36,170 bases of DNA from positions 1-36,170 of the forward strand of contig JBECUI020000067.1 in NCBI GenBank assembly GCA_040954595.2, given 5' to 3'. Origin of the DNA: Balanoglossus misakiensis (Eukaryota > Animalia > Hemichordata). Position numbers and translations under genes: made by a program. Positions 9,564 through 19,929 of the stretch are shown one piece after another; position 1 is the stretch's first letter, and every line of letters begins with the position of its first letter. The notes below the pieces were generated by a model, which ran no database searches, had not been told where the DNA came from, and saw nothing but the letters and a program-made list of their open reading frames with translations.

Positions 9564-10940
9564 ATGTGGACATCGGTACTCAATCAGGATTCGATAGAGT
9601 TATATAAACAATATATTCGAGATACCGATCGTCGGATAGGTGCCTTTCTTGATTTCATTCCCGAGAAAATAAGCATATCGGAAGAGCCCCAGAGTACATC
9701 TCCACTTGCCGGATTGCCGATTGCAGTAAAAGATAACATTGCTGTTGAGGGGTTTCGATTAAGTTGTGCATCACAAATACTTAAATCCTTTATTAGCCCT
9801 TATACGGCGACTGCCGTGCAATCCCTCTTGGACGCAGGGGCGGTGGTAGTTGGGAAAACCAATCTTGATGAGTTCGCAATGGGGTCTGCAACAACAAACT
9901 CTGCCTTTCAACAGACGTGTAACCCTTGGGATTCTGACCGGGTTGCAGGAGGTTCCAGTGGTGGTTCTGCAGCAGCTGTTGGTGGTGGAATGGTACCGGT
10001 AGCGCTTGGTTCCGATACTGGTGGCTCGGTACGACAACCGGCGTCATTCTGTGGCGTATACGGTCTGAAGCCTAGTTATGGTGCGATCTCACGGTATGGC
10101 TTGGTAGCATATGCCTCCTCCTTGGATGTTATAGGAATACTGGCTGAATCGCTTGATTATCTTGAAGATGTATTTTCCTGTATAGCAAAACGAGATGCAT
10201 CCGACCAAACTTCGTACGAACGAAAAGACATTTCATCCGACACTGATGAATTTCGTATTGGAATATGTTTGCACCATGTGCAAGACTGCGATCGGGTTAT
10301 CCGAGAGGGGTATCAGGAGGCGATAGAGTTACTGAGAGGCTCCAAGAATGCCATCGTGGACGTCGACCTGCCAAGACTGGAACTTGGATTGACTGCCTAC
10401 TATATTATTGCGGCAGCAGAAGCGAGTGCAAACCTTGCACGTTATGACGGGATACGATATGGCACCAGGTCTGTTGAAAACGATGCCGATGCTCTCGTTC
10501 GCTCCAGTCGTTCAGCGGGCTTTGGGCCGGAGGTCAAACTTCGTATATTACTGGGAACATATGTGTTACGATCGGGATTTTACGATCAGTATTATGCCAA
10601 GGCAATGGGCATTAGAAATATGTTGCGTAAAACGTATAACAACATCTTTCAATCAGTAGATGCAATCCTATTGCCAACATTCCCCACCCAATCCTTTAAA
10701 CCCGGTGATTTAGATCCTTTTCAGGAACGTATTGGTGATCGTTTTACTGCTCCAGCTAATCTTACCGGTATGCCGGCACTCTCTTTTCCGCTGTCGAGAA
10801 GGAATGAGTTGCCGGTGGGGATGCAGCTCATGGGCCCGGTTCATACCGAGAAGCAATTATGTCGCATTGTGCGAAGCATTGCAAAGGATGTGGAACGTCC
10901 ATTTCCCAGTGCCGTAACATGGATTCAAGAGAGAAAGTAA
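9564..10940 (+). CDS. gatA: Asp/Glu-tRNA amidotransferase subunit A
   Basis: PIAVKDNI, GKTNLDEFAMGS, GGSSGGSAAAV, GSDTGGSVRQPA, ANLARYDGIRYG. Confidence 0.97.
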   Translation: MWTSVLNQDSIELYKQYIRDTDRRIGAFLDFIPEKISISEEPQSTSPLAGLPIAVKDNIAVEGFRLSCASQILKSFISPYTATAVQSLLDAGAVVVGKTNLDEFAMGSATTNSAFQQTCNPWDSDRVAGGSSGGSAAAVGGGMVPVALGSDTGGSVRQPASFCGVYGLKPSYGAISRYGLVAYASSLDVIGILAESLDYLEDVFSCIAKRDASDQTSYERKDISSDTDEFRIGICLHHVQDCDRVIREGYQEAIELLRGSKNAIVDVDLPRLELGLTAYYIIAAAEASANLARYDGIRYGTRSVENDADALVRSSRSAGFGPEVKLRILLGTYVLRSGFYDQYYAKAMGIRNMLRKTYNNIFQSVDAILLPTFPTQSFKPGDLDPFQERIGDRFTAPANLTGMPALSFPLSRRNELPVGMQLMGPVHTEKQLCRIVRSIAKDVERPFPSAVTWIQERK

Positions 10941-12364
10941 TGCATATATTTATCGGGCTTGAAATACATATACAGTTACGCACACAAACAAAGATTTTTT
11001 GTTCCTGTTCTAATCATTTTGGTGATGATCCGAACACGAATATTTGCCCGGTTTGTATGGGCTATCCGGGTACCTTGCCGGTATTAAATCAGCAGGCGGT
11101 TTTTCTTTCTTATGTAGTTGCTCGGGCATTACATGCCGACCTTGCTGATCGGGTAGTGATGGAACGAAAAAACTATTTTTATCCTGATTTGCCAAAGAAC
11201 TACCAAATAAGTCAATTTGGAGAACCGATTGGGCGAAACGGGCAGTTTGTCATTGCACGGAAGGGAGATGAAAATAGCGAGAACCTTCCCATCCGCATAC
11301 GCGAGGTTCATCTGGAGGAAGACGCTGGTAAATTGATACACGTTGGTAGCACAACCCTCTGCGATTACAATCGGACGGGCACGCCTTTGTTGGAGATTGT
11401 TACCGAACCTGATTTACAGACGGGAGCGGATGCGGAAATGATGCTCCGTCAGTTTCAACGTTTGGTACGCTATCTTGAGGTCTGTGATGGTGATATGGAA
11501 AAGGGTTCAATGAGATGCGATGCCAATGTTTCGGTTAGCCCCGATAATACCCTACCTGATTACCGGGTTGAGATAAAGAACCTAAACAGTCCGCGCTTTG
11601 TTCGCAAATCCTTGCAGTACGAGATTAGCAGGCAAGAGCAGGTCCTTCGTTCCGGTGGGACGATAGAGCGACATACCCGTCAATGGAATGAAAATAGAGA
11701 CAAGACGGAAGAGCTGAGACAGAAGGAGAGTGCACAAGATTATCGTTATTTCCGAGAACCGGATCTGCCAATTTTTCTTCCCTCTGCCGAATTTTTTACA
11801 CAGGTAGACCAGGCAATGATTGAAATGCCTGAGGAGCGAAAAATGCGTTTTATACGGGAGATGCACCTTTCGGAAGATATTGCAGACCTTTTATGCAGCG
11901 ACAAGGAATTTTCGCAGTTCTTTGAAGATCTTGTTGATAATGGCATTGATGCAAAACGTGCTGCTAACTGGTTGGCTGTTGATGTACGTCAACAACTGCG
12001 GCATCACAACTATCGCTTACAAGACTCACCCTTTCGTTTCAGCAGAGCCCTACAGCTCCTGCAAATGCTACAGGCTGGGACCATTCACGGTAAGCTGGCA
12101 AAAAAGGTACTAGCATTAATTTTTATTGATGATAAGGATCCGGATCAAATCATTGAAGAGCAGGGCTGGAAGACTGTATCCGACCCTAAACTGCTAACAG
12201 AAATGATCAAATCAGTCATACAAAATTACAAAGGTAATATTTCCGACCGTCGTCGGATGCTCTCTTTCTTTATGGGTGAGATTATGAAACAGAGTAAGGG
12301 AAATGCTGATCCGCAGATTGTATCGCGTATTTTGCAAAAAGAGCTAGCAGAACTGGAAAATTAG
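10940..12364 (+). CDS. gatB: Asp/Glu-tRNA amidotransferase subunit B
   Basis: IGLEIHIQL, RKNYFYPDLPKNYQISQ, HLEEDAGK, MRCDANVS, DYRYF.EPDL. The ATG overlaps the gatA stop (TAATG). Confidence 0.97.
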   Translation: MHIFIGLEIHIQLRTQTKIFCSCSNHFGDDPNTNICPVCMGYPGTLPVLNQQAVFLSYVVARALHADLADRVVMERKNYFYPDLPKNYQISQFGEPIGRNGQFVIARKGDENSENLPIRIREVHLEEDAGKLIHVGSTTLCDYNRTGTPLLEIVTEPDLQTGADAEMMLRQFQRLVRYLEVCDGDMEKGSMRCDANVSVSPDNTLPDYRVEIKNLNSPRFVRKSLQYEISRQEQVLRSGGTIERHTRQWNENRDKTEELRQKESAQDYRYFREPDLPIFLPSAEFFTQVDQAMIEMPEERKMRFIREMHLSEDIADLLCSDKEFSQFFEDLVDNGIDAKRAANWLAVDVRQQLRHHNYRLQDSPFRFSRALQLLQMLQAGTIHGKLAKKVLALIFIDDKDPDQIIEEQGWKTVSDPKLLTEMIKSVIQNYKGNISDRRRMLSFFMGEIMKQSKGNADPQIVSRILQKELAELEN

Positions 12365-12388
12365 TGAAAAAAAAGCTAACATGGTACT

Positions 12389-13663
12389 ATGCGTGTTTTA
12401 GCTGGAGAAACTCCTCAACATACGGAAAAACAAATAGAGATATGCGGCTGGGTTCATCGCCTACGAGAGTTAGGAAGCATTGCATTTCTAATTATTCGTG
12501 ACCGCAGTGGTATGGTGCAGGTTGTCTGTGACGGTATACGGTATCCGGGCTTAGAGTCTGTAGTAAAGATCCGTGGCTTGGTAGTTCAAAATGAGAGAGC
12601 TCCGGGTGGCTTTGAACTGAGGGCAGAGGCTATAGATGTATTGTCGGAAGCTCGCGGTCCTCTCCCGATCGCTGTTAATCAGGACCCGTCAGGTCTCAGT
12701 TTAGATACGATCCTAGACAATCGCATTATTAGTTTGCGTAATCCGAAAATTCGTGATATATTCCGGGTCAAATCTGTTGTCATGGAATATTTTGCCTCTT
12801 ATTTCCGGTCTCTTGAGTTTGTTGAAATTAAAACAAGTAAACTGGTTGGCACCGAAACAGAGGGTGGGAGTGGATTGTTTTCAGTCGATTATTTCGACAA
12901 GAAGGTATACCTTGCCCAGTCCCCACAATTCTACAAGCAGGCAATGGTTTCTTCCGGCCTCGAGCGGGTCTTTGAAGTTTCTCATGCATATCGTGCTGAA
13001 AAACATGAAACGGCTCGCCACATGAACGAATATGTTTCCCTTGATATTGAAATAGCCTTTATTGACAATGAGCAAACCCTCATTGATATTGAGATAGGTA
13101 TGCTAAATAGTATCTTTAATGCTCTTCGAGAGAATTGCCGGGACGTATTAAAAGCCTGGAATGCCATCCTTCCAAATGAGGGGCAGGTTCGAGACGCACC
13201 ACGAATATCCTATGAAGAAGCGCGGCAAATAGTAAAACAGCGGAGCAAAACTGCGGTATTTGAATTAAACCCGCAAGCTGAGCGGATTCTCTGTGAATGG
13301 GCAGCCGAAGAGCATAATACCGATTTAGTATTTGTCTATGATTTCCCTCGGCGCAAACGCCCCTTCTATGCCCATCCCGAAGGAAAAAGGGGAACTCGCA
13401 GTTTCGACCTACTCTTTCGCGGCTTGGAAATAACGACCGGCGGGCAGCGCATACACAATTACGATGAGCTGCTCAAATCGGCAGAGTTATTTAGTCTTGA
13501 TGAGTCCTCATTGCAGGATTATTTTGATATTTTCAAATACGGCTGCCCGCCGCATGGTGGGTTTGCTATCGGATGCGAGAGGGTAGTGCAAACGGTACTT
13601 GGATTGCAGAGCGTGAAGGAGGCAAGTCTTTTTCCGCGTGATAGACGGCGTATTCGCCCGTAG
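12389..13663 (+). CDS. aspS: Archaeal-type non-discriminating aspartyl-tRNA synthetase (Asp-tRNA(Asn) ligase)
   Basis: 424 aa with no GAD insertion; GWVH, APGG, YLAQSPQFYKQ, YRAE...RH.NEY.SLD.E, PPHGGFAIG.ER, FPRD. Confidence 0.93.
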   Translation: MRVLAGETPQHTEKQIEICGWVHRLRELGSIAFLIIRDRSGMVQVVCDGIRYPGLESVVKIRGLVVQNERAPGGFELRAEAIDVLSEARGPLPIAVNQDPSGLSLDTILDNRIISLRNPKIRDIFRVKSVVMEYFASYFRSLEFVEIKTSKLVGTETEGGSGLFSVDYFDKKVYLAQSPQFYKQAMVSSGLERVFEVSHAYRAEKHETARHMNEYVSLDIEIAFIDNEQTLIDIEIGMLNSIFNALRENCRDVLKAWNAILPNEGQVRDAPRISYEEARQIVKQRSKTAVFELNPQAERILCEWAAEEHNTDLVFVYDFPRRKRPFYAHPEGKRGTRSFDLLFRGLEITTGGQRIHNYDELLKSAELFSLDESSLQDYFDIFKYGCPPHGGFAIGCERVVQTVLGLQSVKEASLFPRDRRRIRP

Positions 13664-13672
13664 GGAGGGGAG

Positions 13673-16510
13673 ATGAATACGATTTACAGTTTAATAAGAA
13701 GCAAAACTGAAACCTGGGTAAGATTAGAAAAAGAAAATGATCAATCTCTTATAAATAATACCCTAAAACATATTGAAAAAAACGGAAACCTTCGTCCCCC
13801 ACAAAAAGAAGGCATTGAAACTTACTTGTGGATAAAGTTTGTCGGCGAAAATAAAAAACTTTCCGATATGGTAAAAGCAGGTCTTTTATACGATGATGTA
13901 GTAGCACAAGAGTATAATAATTACCATACATTTAAAGGAAACTATGTAACACAATTTCTCAACCAATTTTTTCTGAACAATGGTTTACAAAACATTCATA
14001 AAAAATTGGTTAACGACCCTACTGGAAAAACCATTGATTGGGACTCCCTACTTGATGAGTTTTTGCATAATTTCGATTACTCAAATTATTTATTCAGCCT
14101 TCCTATGGGAGCAGGTAAAACATTCCTAATGGCTTGTTTTATTTATCTCGATTTATACTTCGCTACCCTTTTTAAAAAAGATAAACGTTTTGCTCATAAT
14201 TTTGTTGTTTTTGCACCGCAAGCTTCAAAAACAGCTATTCTTCCTTCGCTGAGAACAATAAAAGATTTTAATCCTCAATGGATATTGCCAAAAGACGATG
14301 CTGATAAATTAAAGCAGATAATTACTATTGAAATACTTGATAGCCTGAGTTCAAAAAGAAAGGATAAACTTCACGGTAACAATCCAAATCTTGAGAAGGT
14401 AAATAGAATAAAGCAAACAAAAAACTTTGGAATGGTTTTTATTACCAATGCCGAAAAAGTTGTCCTTGAAAGATATGATGATAAGGACAGACCACTAGTT
14501 GAAGACCTGAAAAAAGGACAGGAAAACTTATTGGATAAACGCACCATTGATGATATACAAAAAACGAACGAACTTCGCAAAGCATTGTCGCAAATACCCA
14601 ATCTAACAATTATTCTTGATGAAGTACATCACTCTTATGGTTCTACAGGTACTGGCGAAAAAAAATTAAGGCAAGCCGTAGGAATTCTAAATCCGCGCCG
14701 CAACGTTAATTCCGTTATCGGATTATCAGGCACACCTTATGTTAAAACAAAAATTGAGATTGCTGGAAAAAACATTACCCTGAACCAGATACAGGATATT
14801 GTTTATAACTATCCCCTTAATATTGGCATTGGTAAATTTCTTAAAAAGCCCGATATTAGGAAAGTAAGCGTTAAAGAGAGTTTCTTTATTAAACAAGCTC
14901 TAACTGATTTCTTTTCAGGTTATGATATTGACTACGAGAATGGGACAAAAAGCAAAGTCGCTTTTTACTGTCCGTCAATTAAGAAACTAAACGATGAGAT
15001 TTTACCAATCATCAAAACATGGTATCAGAAAAACCGAGAAGGTAAAGAAGATGAAATTTTTCAATATTATTCCAGGGTGGATAAAATGGACAAACAGTAC
15101 CAGCTTCCTAAAGAGAACCTCGCTATTTTTAATAATCTCGACAAACCCTATTCAAAAAAACGTGTTATTTTACTTGTTGCCGTAGGAACAGAAGGATGGG
15201 ACTGTAAAAGTCTTACAGCTGTTGTCCTACCACGACAAAAAACATCAAAGAATTTCGTATTACAAACGACCTGCCGTTGTTTACGTGAAGTAACAGACGC
15301 ATCAAAAGAAAACGCATTGATTTACCTTTCAGCCGATAATTATGAAACTCTCGATAAAGAACTCAAAGAAAATTATCAGCTTTCCATTACCGATCTTTCG
15401 GAACGAAAAGAGCAGAATATTAAAGTACAGGTTAGAAAGCCGAAACTTGGCAAATTGAAATATAAGCAGATTGAAACAAAATACAAGATTATTAAAAAGA
15501 CTTCGCCAGAAATAAAAAAAGAGCTTACTGCATTCCGTTTTTCAAATATCAAGAATAAGTATTCTTATGACGGAAACATTGTGTCAGGTCGTATTGGTAA
15601 AAGCGGACTGACAGGAGAAGTTGCTATTGCAGATGTTAAAGCAAATAGCACAGCATTTTTCTCGACTGAAGACTTCATTTATAATCTTTCTTCCTGTACT
15701 TACGGATTATTTTCAGAAGCGGATTTGCTCAATGGATATAATCAGGAATTAACATCCGTACATAACAAGATAGAACAAGAGATTGAATGGCTGGTATTAC
15801 ATCCCCACCTTGATACAAGTGATGTAATCAGAATGATAGCTTCTTCATTTATGGACAGGGTTGAGTATACAAAAAAGGTAATAGAGCAACAAACCGAGAT
15901 TGAACTGTTGGAATGGGAAGGGAACAATAAGGAAATTAGCCTTGTTTCCCCGGAGGGCAGAGTGTATAAAATAATGCCAAGAATTTCCGAAAGAGATTTG
16001 CTAGGAAGAAGAGGCTACGCCAAATGTCCGGAAAACATAGAGAAAGATTTTTTCGGAGAAGATGAGAATTCCGACCAGCAGGACATCAGTTATAACTACG
16101 TCCCTTATAGAATGGACAGTGAGTTTGAGCAAAACGCCCTTGCCGAAATGCTGAAACTTAGCGAGTTAAAAGATCTTGAAGTTTATTTTAACGGATATAA
16201 GGATGACCGGTTACAGTCTTTTTGGATACAGACACCAAGAGGGCGATACACACCGGATTTTTTGATTTTAAGAAGAGAAGGGAATAAACAATATAAAAGT
16301 GGGCAATGTATTCCTATCAAAAAAGCCCTCATTGTTGAAACAAAAGGTACCCTCTATTATAACGATGAGTTTCGAGCAAAAGAAAAGTTTGTTAAAGATG
16401 AATTTTTGACACATAACAAACATTTCAGTTATCATTGTTTTATTGATGATGGGGGAAACGATTTTACAAAACACCTTGAGACATTCAAGCGATTATTAAA
16501 GGATTTTTAA
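13673..16510 (+). CDS. res: Type III restriction enzyme Res subunit (SF2 helicase + PD-(D/E)xK nuclease)
   Basis: LRPPQKE, LPMGAGKT, LDEVHH, SGTP, TEGWD, QTTCRCLR, C-terminal YTPDF...IVETKG; adjacent to an N6-MTase. Confidence 0.88.
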   Translation: MNTIYSLIRSKTETWVRLEKENDQSLINNTLKHIEKNGNLRPPQKEGIETYLWIKFVGENKKLSDMVKAGLLYDDVVAQEYNNYHTFKGNYVTQFLNQFFLNNGLQNIHKKLVNDPTGKTIDWDSLLDEFLHNFDYSNYLFSLPMGAGKTFLMACFIYLDLYFATLFKKDKRFAHNFVVFAPQASKTAILPSLRTIKDFNPQWILPKDDADKLKQIITIEILDSLSSKRKDKLHGNNPNLEKVNRIKQTKNFGMVFITNAEKVVLERYDDKDRPLVEDLKKGQENLLDKRTIDDIQKTNELRKALSQIPNLTIILDEVHHSYGSTGTGEKKLRQAVGILNPRRNVNSVIGLSGTPYVKTKIEIAGKNITLNQIQDIVYNYPLNIGIGKFLKKPDIRKVSVKESFFIKQALTDFFSGYDIDYENGTKSKVAFYCPSIKKLNDEILPIIKTWYQKNREGKEDEIFQYYSRVDKMDKQYQLPKENLAIFNNLDKPYSKKRVILLVAVGTEGWDCKSLTAVVLPRQKTSKNFVLQTTCRCLREVTDASKENALIYLSADNYETLDKELKENYQLSITDLSERKEQNIKVQVRKPKLGKLKYKQIETKYKIIKKTSPEIKKELTAFRFSNIKNKYSYDGNIVSGRIGKSGLTGEVAIADVKANSTAFFSTEDFIYNLSSCTYGLFSEADLLNGYNQELTSVHNKIEQEIEWLVLHPHLDTSDVIRMIASSFMDRVEYTKKVIEQQTEIELLEWEGNNKEISLVSPEGRVYKIMPRISERDLLGRRGYAKCPENIEKDFFGEDENSDQQDISYNYVPYRMDSEFEQNALAEMLKLSELKDLEVYFNGYKDDRLQSFWIQTPRGRYTPDFLILRREGNKQYKSGQCIPIKKALIVETKGTLYYNDEFRAKEKFVKDEFLTHNKHFSYHCFIDDGGNDFTKHLETFKRLLKDF

Positions 16511-16512
16511 TT

Positions 16513-18333
16513 ATGAAAACACCGAAACAGTACAGTATTACTCCCGCCAAAGGACAGGCAATTCTTAATTTTCAAGGAAGACGATTTCCAGAAAAAATTG
16601 ATGTTTTTGAAGCAGAACGGATTGAAGAGGTAAGAAATTCAAAAGCCACGGAACAGACTTTATTAGATAAAGAAACAGTTCTTAATTCGGATTTCAAAAA
16701 TCTACTCATACAGGGCGATTGCCTCTCCGCTTGTGCCTATCTAAAACAACAGAATATAAAAATTGACCTTGTATATATTGATCCGCCGTTTGCAAGTGGT
16801 GCGAATTATGCGAAGAAAATTTATTTGCGAAACGGCGGTAAATCCGAAATGGAAGATGACAGCAATACTATCGGCGAAGAGGTCATGTATGCAGATATAT
16901 GGCAGAAAGAGGATTATCTTAACTGGCTGTATGAAAGGTTGCTTGCCATTCGTGAGGTGATGAGTGAGGTGGCGAGTATCTATGTTCATTTAGATTGGCA
17001 TATCGGGCATTATGTCAAGGTGATGATGGATGAGGTGTTTGGGGAAGAGAATTTTAGAAATGAGATAGTTTGGAAGTATACAGGAAGTGCTGCCCCTAAA
17101 GAGGATTTTCCTAGAAAACATGATTGTATATTCAGGTATACAAAAAATACCGACTGTATTTTCAATTGGTTGTTTACGGAATATGCCCAAAATACCTTGG
17201 GGAGGTTTGATAAAGAAGATGAAAATGGTAAATATAAAATAACCTATAGAAATGGACAAGAATATAAAACTTATGAAGGTCAAGGCAAACGAATAGAAGA
17301 TGTTTGGGATATGCCAATTGTGATGAAAAATGATAAAAATTTTCAAGATTATTCCACCCAAAAACCCGAAACCCTTCTCGAAAGAATAATCAAAGCATCG
17401 TCCGACCAAGGCATGATCGTTGCCGACTTCTTTTCAGGATCTGGGACAACCGCCAAAGTTGCCAGCGACTTAGAGAGAAAATTCATTGCCTGTGACATTG
17501 GCATAAACGCCCTACAGACAATACGCGACCGCCTTGCGAAAGCAGGGGCAAGTTTTGATGTTTTGAAAATAAAAGACGGCTTACGGCTCTTCCGCAATCC
17601 TGTACAAACAACCGCAAAAATATTTAGTATTATTGACGGCTTTAAATCACGAGCCGATTTAAGTTTAAATGAATTTTGGGATGGTGGTATCGCACAAGCG
17701 AAAGGTAGCTATTCACCTGTTAAGTTTTCAGGCATTCACGACAAACTAAGCAAAGAACTGCTTGATGTTTATCTTGAAGAAATCTATAAACTGGAAGATA
17801 CTACGAACAATGCGAATGAAATCATTATCATTTATGCTCATAGAGACTTTGAGATAGATCAGGAATATGTGAACAAGCAGCTCCATAAAACTGCTAAAAC
17901 CGAATTGAAAGTAAAACTTGTTTCTCTTGATGATCTACTCGGAGAGAAAAGAGATGCTTTATTTACTCCTGACAACGCGAGTATAAACATTTCAAAGCAA
18001 GGAAGTAAGTACAAGGTAGAGATTAAAAAATTTTTCAGTTCGTACCTGAAAAACAAGATAGATGATTACAATGCGAAAAAGACTAAAACAGGGACATTGG
18101 AGCAGGATTTATCAAAGGCAGTAAAAATAAGCAGTACAGGTCTGGAATTGATAGAATCCGTGCAGTTTGACACAACCCTTGATACAGTGTGGAAAAGCAA
18201 TCCTAATTTAGAAGATAAGGCAAGAAAGAAGGAAAAAATAAAGGGTGTTTATACTCTTGATACTGATACATTTAAGATGAAGATAAGGAATATCGCGGGG
18301 GACGAAATAATACTTGATAGTGAAGAAATTTAA
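16513..18333 (+). CDS. mod: Type III R-M Mod subunit (beta-class N6/N4 DNA methyltransferase)
   Basis: NLLIQGDCL, YIDPPF, HLDWH, FRNEIVW, TQKPE.LLERII, DFFSGSGTT; starts 2 nt after res. Confidence 0.9.
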   Translation: MKTPKQYSITPAKGQAILNFQGRRFPEKIDVFEAERIEEVRNSKATEQTLLDKETVLNSDFKNLLIQGDCLSACAYLKQQNIKIDLVYIDPPFASGANYAKKIYLRNGGKSEMEDDSNTIGEEVMYADIWQKEDYLNWLYERLLAIREVMSEVASIYVHLDWHIGHYVKVMMDEVFGEENFRNEIVWKYTGSAAPKEDFPRKHDCIFRYTKNTDCIFNWLFTEYAQNTLGRFDKEDENGKYKITYRNGQEYKTYEGQGKRIEDVWDMPIVMKNDKNFQDYSTQKPETLLERIIKASSDQGMIVADFFSGSGTTAKVASDLERKFIACDIGINALQTIRDRLAKAGASFDVLKIKDGLRLFRNPVQTTAKIFSIIDGFKSRADLSLNEFWDGGIAQAKGSYSPVKFSGIHDKLSKELLDVYLEEIYKLEDTTNNANEIIIIYAHRDFEIDQEYVNKQLHKTAKTELKVKLVSLDDLLGEKRDALFTPDNASINISKQGSKYKVEIKKFFSSYLKNKIDDYNAKKTKTGTLEQDLSKAVKISSTGLELIESVQFDTTLDTVWKSNPNLEDKARKKEKIKGVYTLDTDTFKMKIRNIAGDEIILDSEEI

Positions 18334-18376
18334 GGTTATAATTTTGCTATAATTTATAGTATAAAACAAAAATAAT

Positions 18377-18523
18377 ATGGATGATATTATGGAGAAACAA
18401 AAAGAGATGTTTCTTCCCATGTTGGACTTAAATCAGATGTATGTAAACCGATCGGAGATGGCAGACACGAAGTTTGGAATAAGTGTAGAGGATATGCAGA
18501 TGACGGGGGAGATTTATAAATAA
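18377..18523 (+). pseudogene. 48-codon mini-ORF duplicating the C-terminal tip of a type III Mod protein
   Basis: Hand translation MDDIMEKQKEMFLPMLDLNQMYVNRSEMADTKFGISVEDMQMTGEIYK closely matches the end of ORF 19930-20340. Confidence 0.7.
18390..18517 (+). repeat. 128-bp direct repeat, copy 1 (left of Shedu)
   Basis: Ungapped match to 20165-20292 with 15 mismatches by hand count (about 88%). Confidence 0.95.
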
Positions 18524-18539
18524 TTGGGAGAAATAAAGT

Positions 18540-19868
18540 ATGGAAATAGATGAATTAAATAAAAAAATAGATGAGTTTAAAAATAATTGGAGTAAGAATC
18601 CTGTTGTTTTAGATGAAGAAAATATTTTAGTTTTACAATTATATAAAATACAAAGAGAGGGTCATACTTTTAGTGGGAGCACTAGAAATATAGCAGATAC
18701 TATTGTCGAAAGGGAAGATTTTTTTAAAACTATTATTTTGGATAAAAATATTTTAGGAAAAATAGAAAAATATATAAACTTTGATAATTTCACTATAACA
18801 ACTAATCTGAAAAATTTTTCAGAACTACAAGATATACAAAAAGAAAATTTAAGCCTTTCTTTTCGTATCCCTGAGGCTATTGATTTGGGTAATACTATAA
18901 CAATAAAGACTGAAAAATATGAAAATTATTTAAACCATCTAAAAATGATAAAAGCAATAAAAGAAAAAACATCAACTATTGTAAAAGATAAATTTAATAC
19001 AAGGCAAAGTGAGCAAAGTAAAAAAGATATTACTACATCAGCGATTTTTGCAAATGTTGGGTACATTGTAAGGGGCTTTGAAGGAAAGTATATAAATTTA
19101 AGTAAAGCGGATAAGACCTTTATTAAAAAATTCATGGATGAGCAAATAAAGGAAGGTGCTTATAAAATTACAATAAAGGAAACTCTTCCTTTATATAAAG
19201 AGAGCATTAAAGAGATTATTACAATCGGTAAAGAAATATTAGCCTTCACTAAAGATAATACACAACAAATTAAATCATTTTCTAAGAAAAAATTAGGTGA
19301 AGAAAGAAGTGCTTTAGAATCTTGTTGGCAATTATATTTTGATAAATATTTAAGAACTATGTTAATGAATTATAAAGAATTTTATCCGCAAGCAGTTTTT
19401 AAAAAAATAGATGGATATGAGAAAGATTGTAGACCTGATTTTTTAGCTGTAGATATATACAATAACATTGATATAATTGAAATTAAAACTCACAAAACTA
19501 TTTTATTTAGAAAAGAAAAAAATAGGGATTCTTATTACCCATCTCACGATTTAAATAAATCAGTTTTTCAATTAAATAAATATATGGATTTAAAATCAGA
19601 GAATATCAATGTTCCTAAAATTAATAATGAGTACACACAATCTATCATAAAAAACGATAAAATTTATAGACCAAGAGGGATCCTAATTATTTCTTCAAGA
19701 AACCATATAGTTGCAGAAAAAACAGATGATGAATTATCCGCTAGGCTTACAAAAGAAATAAGAAAACTAAAAACTACATATAATAATATTGATATTATTC
19801 TTTTTGATGAATTATTGAACAATTTACAAAATTATGTTGATTACTTAGAGATTTCATTGACTAACTAG
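18540..19868 (+). CDS. sduA: Shedu anti-phage nuclease (DUF4263) with an unrecognised N-terminal domain
   Basis: E..WQ.YF, RPDFL...IDIIEIKT...LF...R..Y.PS.DL..SV.Q..KY, PRGILII.R, IDIILFDELL; very AT-rich. Confidence 0.85.
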   Translation: MEIDELNKKIDEFKNNWSKNPVVLDEENILVLQLYKIQREGHTFSGSTRNIADTIVEREDFFKTIILDKNILGKIEKYINFDNFTITTNLKNFSELQDIQKENLSLSFRIPEAIDLGNTITIKTEKYENYLNHLKMIKAIKEKTSTIVKDKFNTRQSEQSKKDITTSAIFANVGYIVRGFEGKYINLSKADKTFIKKFMDEQIKEGAYKITIKETLPLYKESIKEIITIGKEILAFTKDNTQQIKSFSKKKLGEERSALESCWQLYFDKYLRTMLMNYKEFYPQAVFKKIDGYEKDCRPDFLAVDIYNNIDIIEIKTHKTILFRKEKNRDSYYPSHDLNKSVFQLNKYMDLKSENINVPKINNEYTQSIIKNDKIYRPRGILIISSRNHIVAEKTDDELSARLTKEIRKLKTTYNNIDIILFDELLNNLQNYVDYLEISLTN

Positions 19869-19929
19869 TTTGATCTTAAAAAGATAACAATCTAAGATAT
19901 GCCAGTGATTGCTGTAACATTAAGGGTGG

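Noticed and set aside
16513-18333. Phase-variable mod (phasevarion)
   Set aside because: No simple-sequence repeat tract was seen in mod or res.
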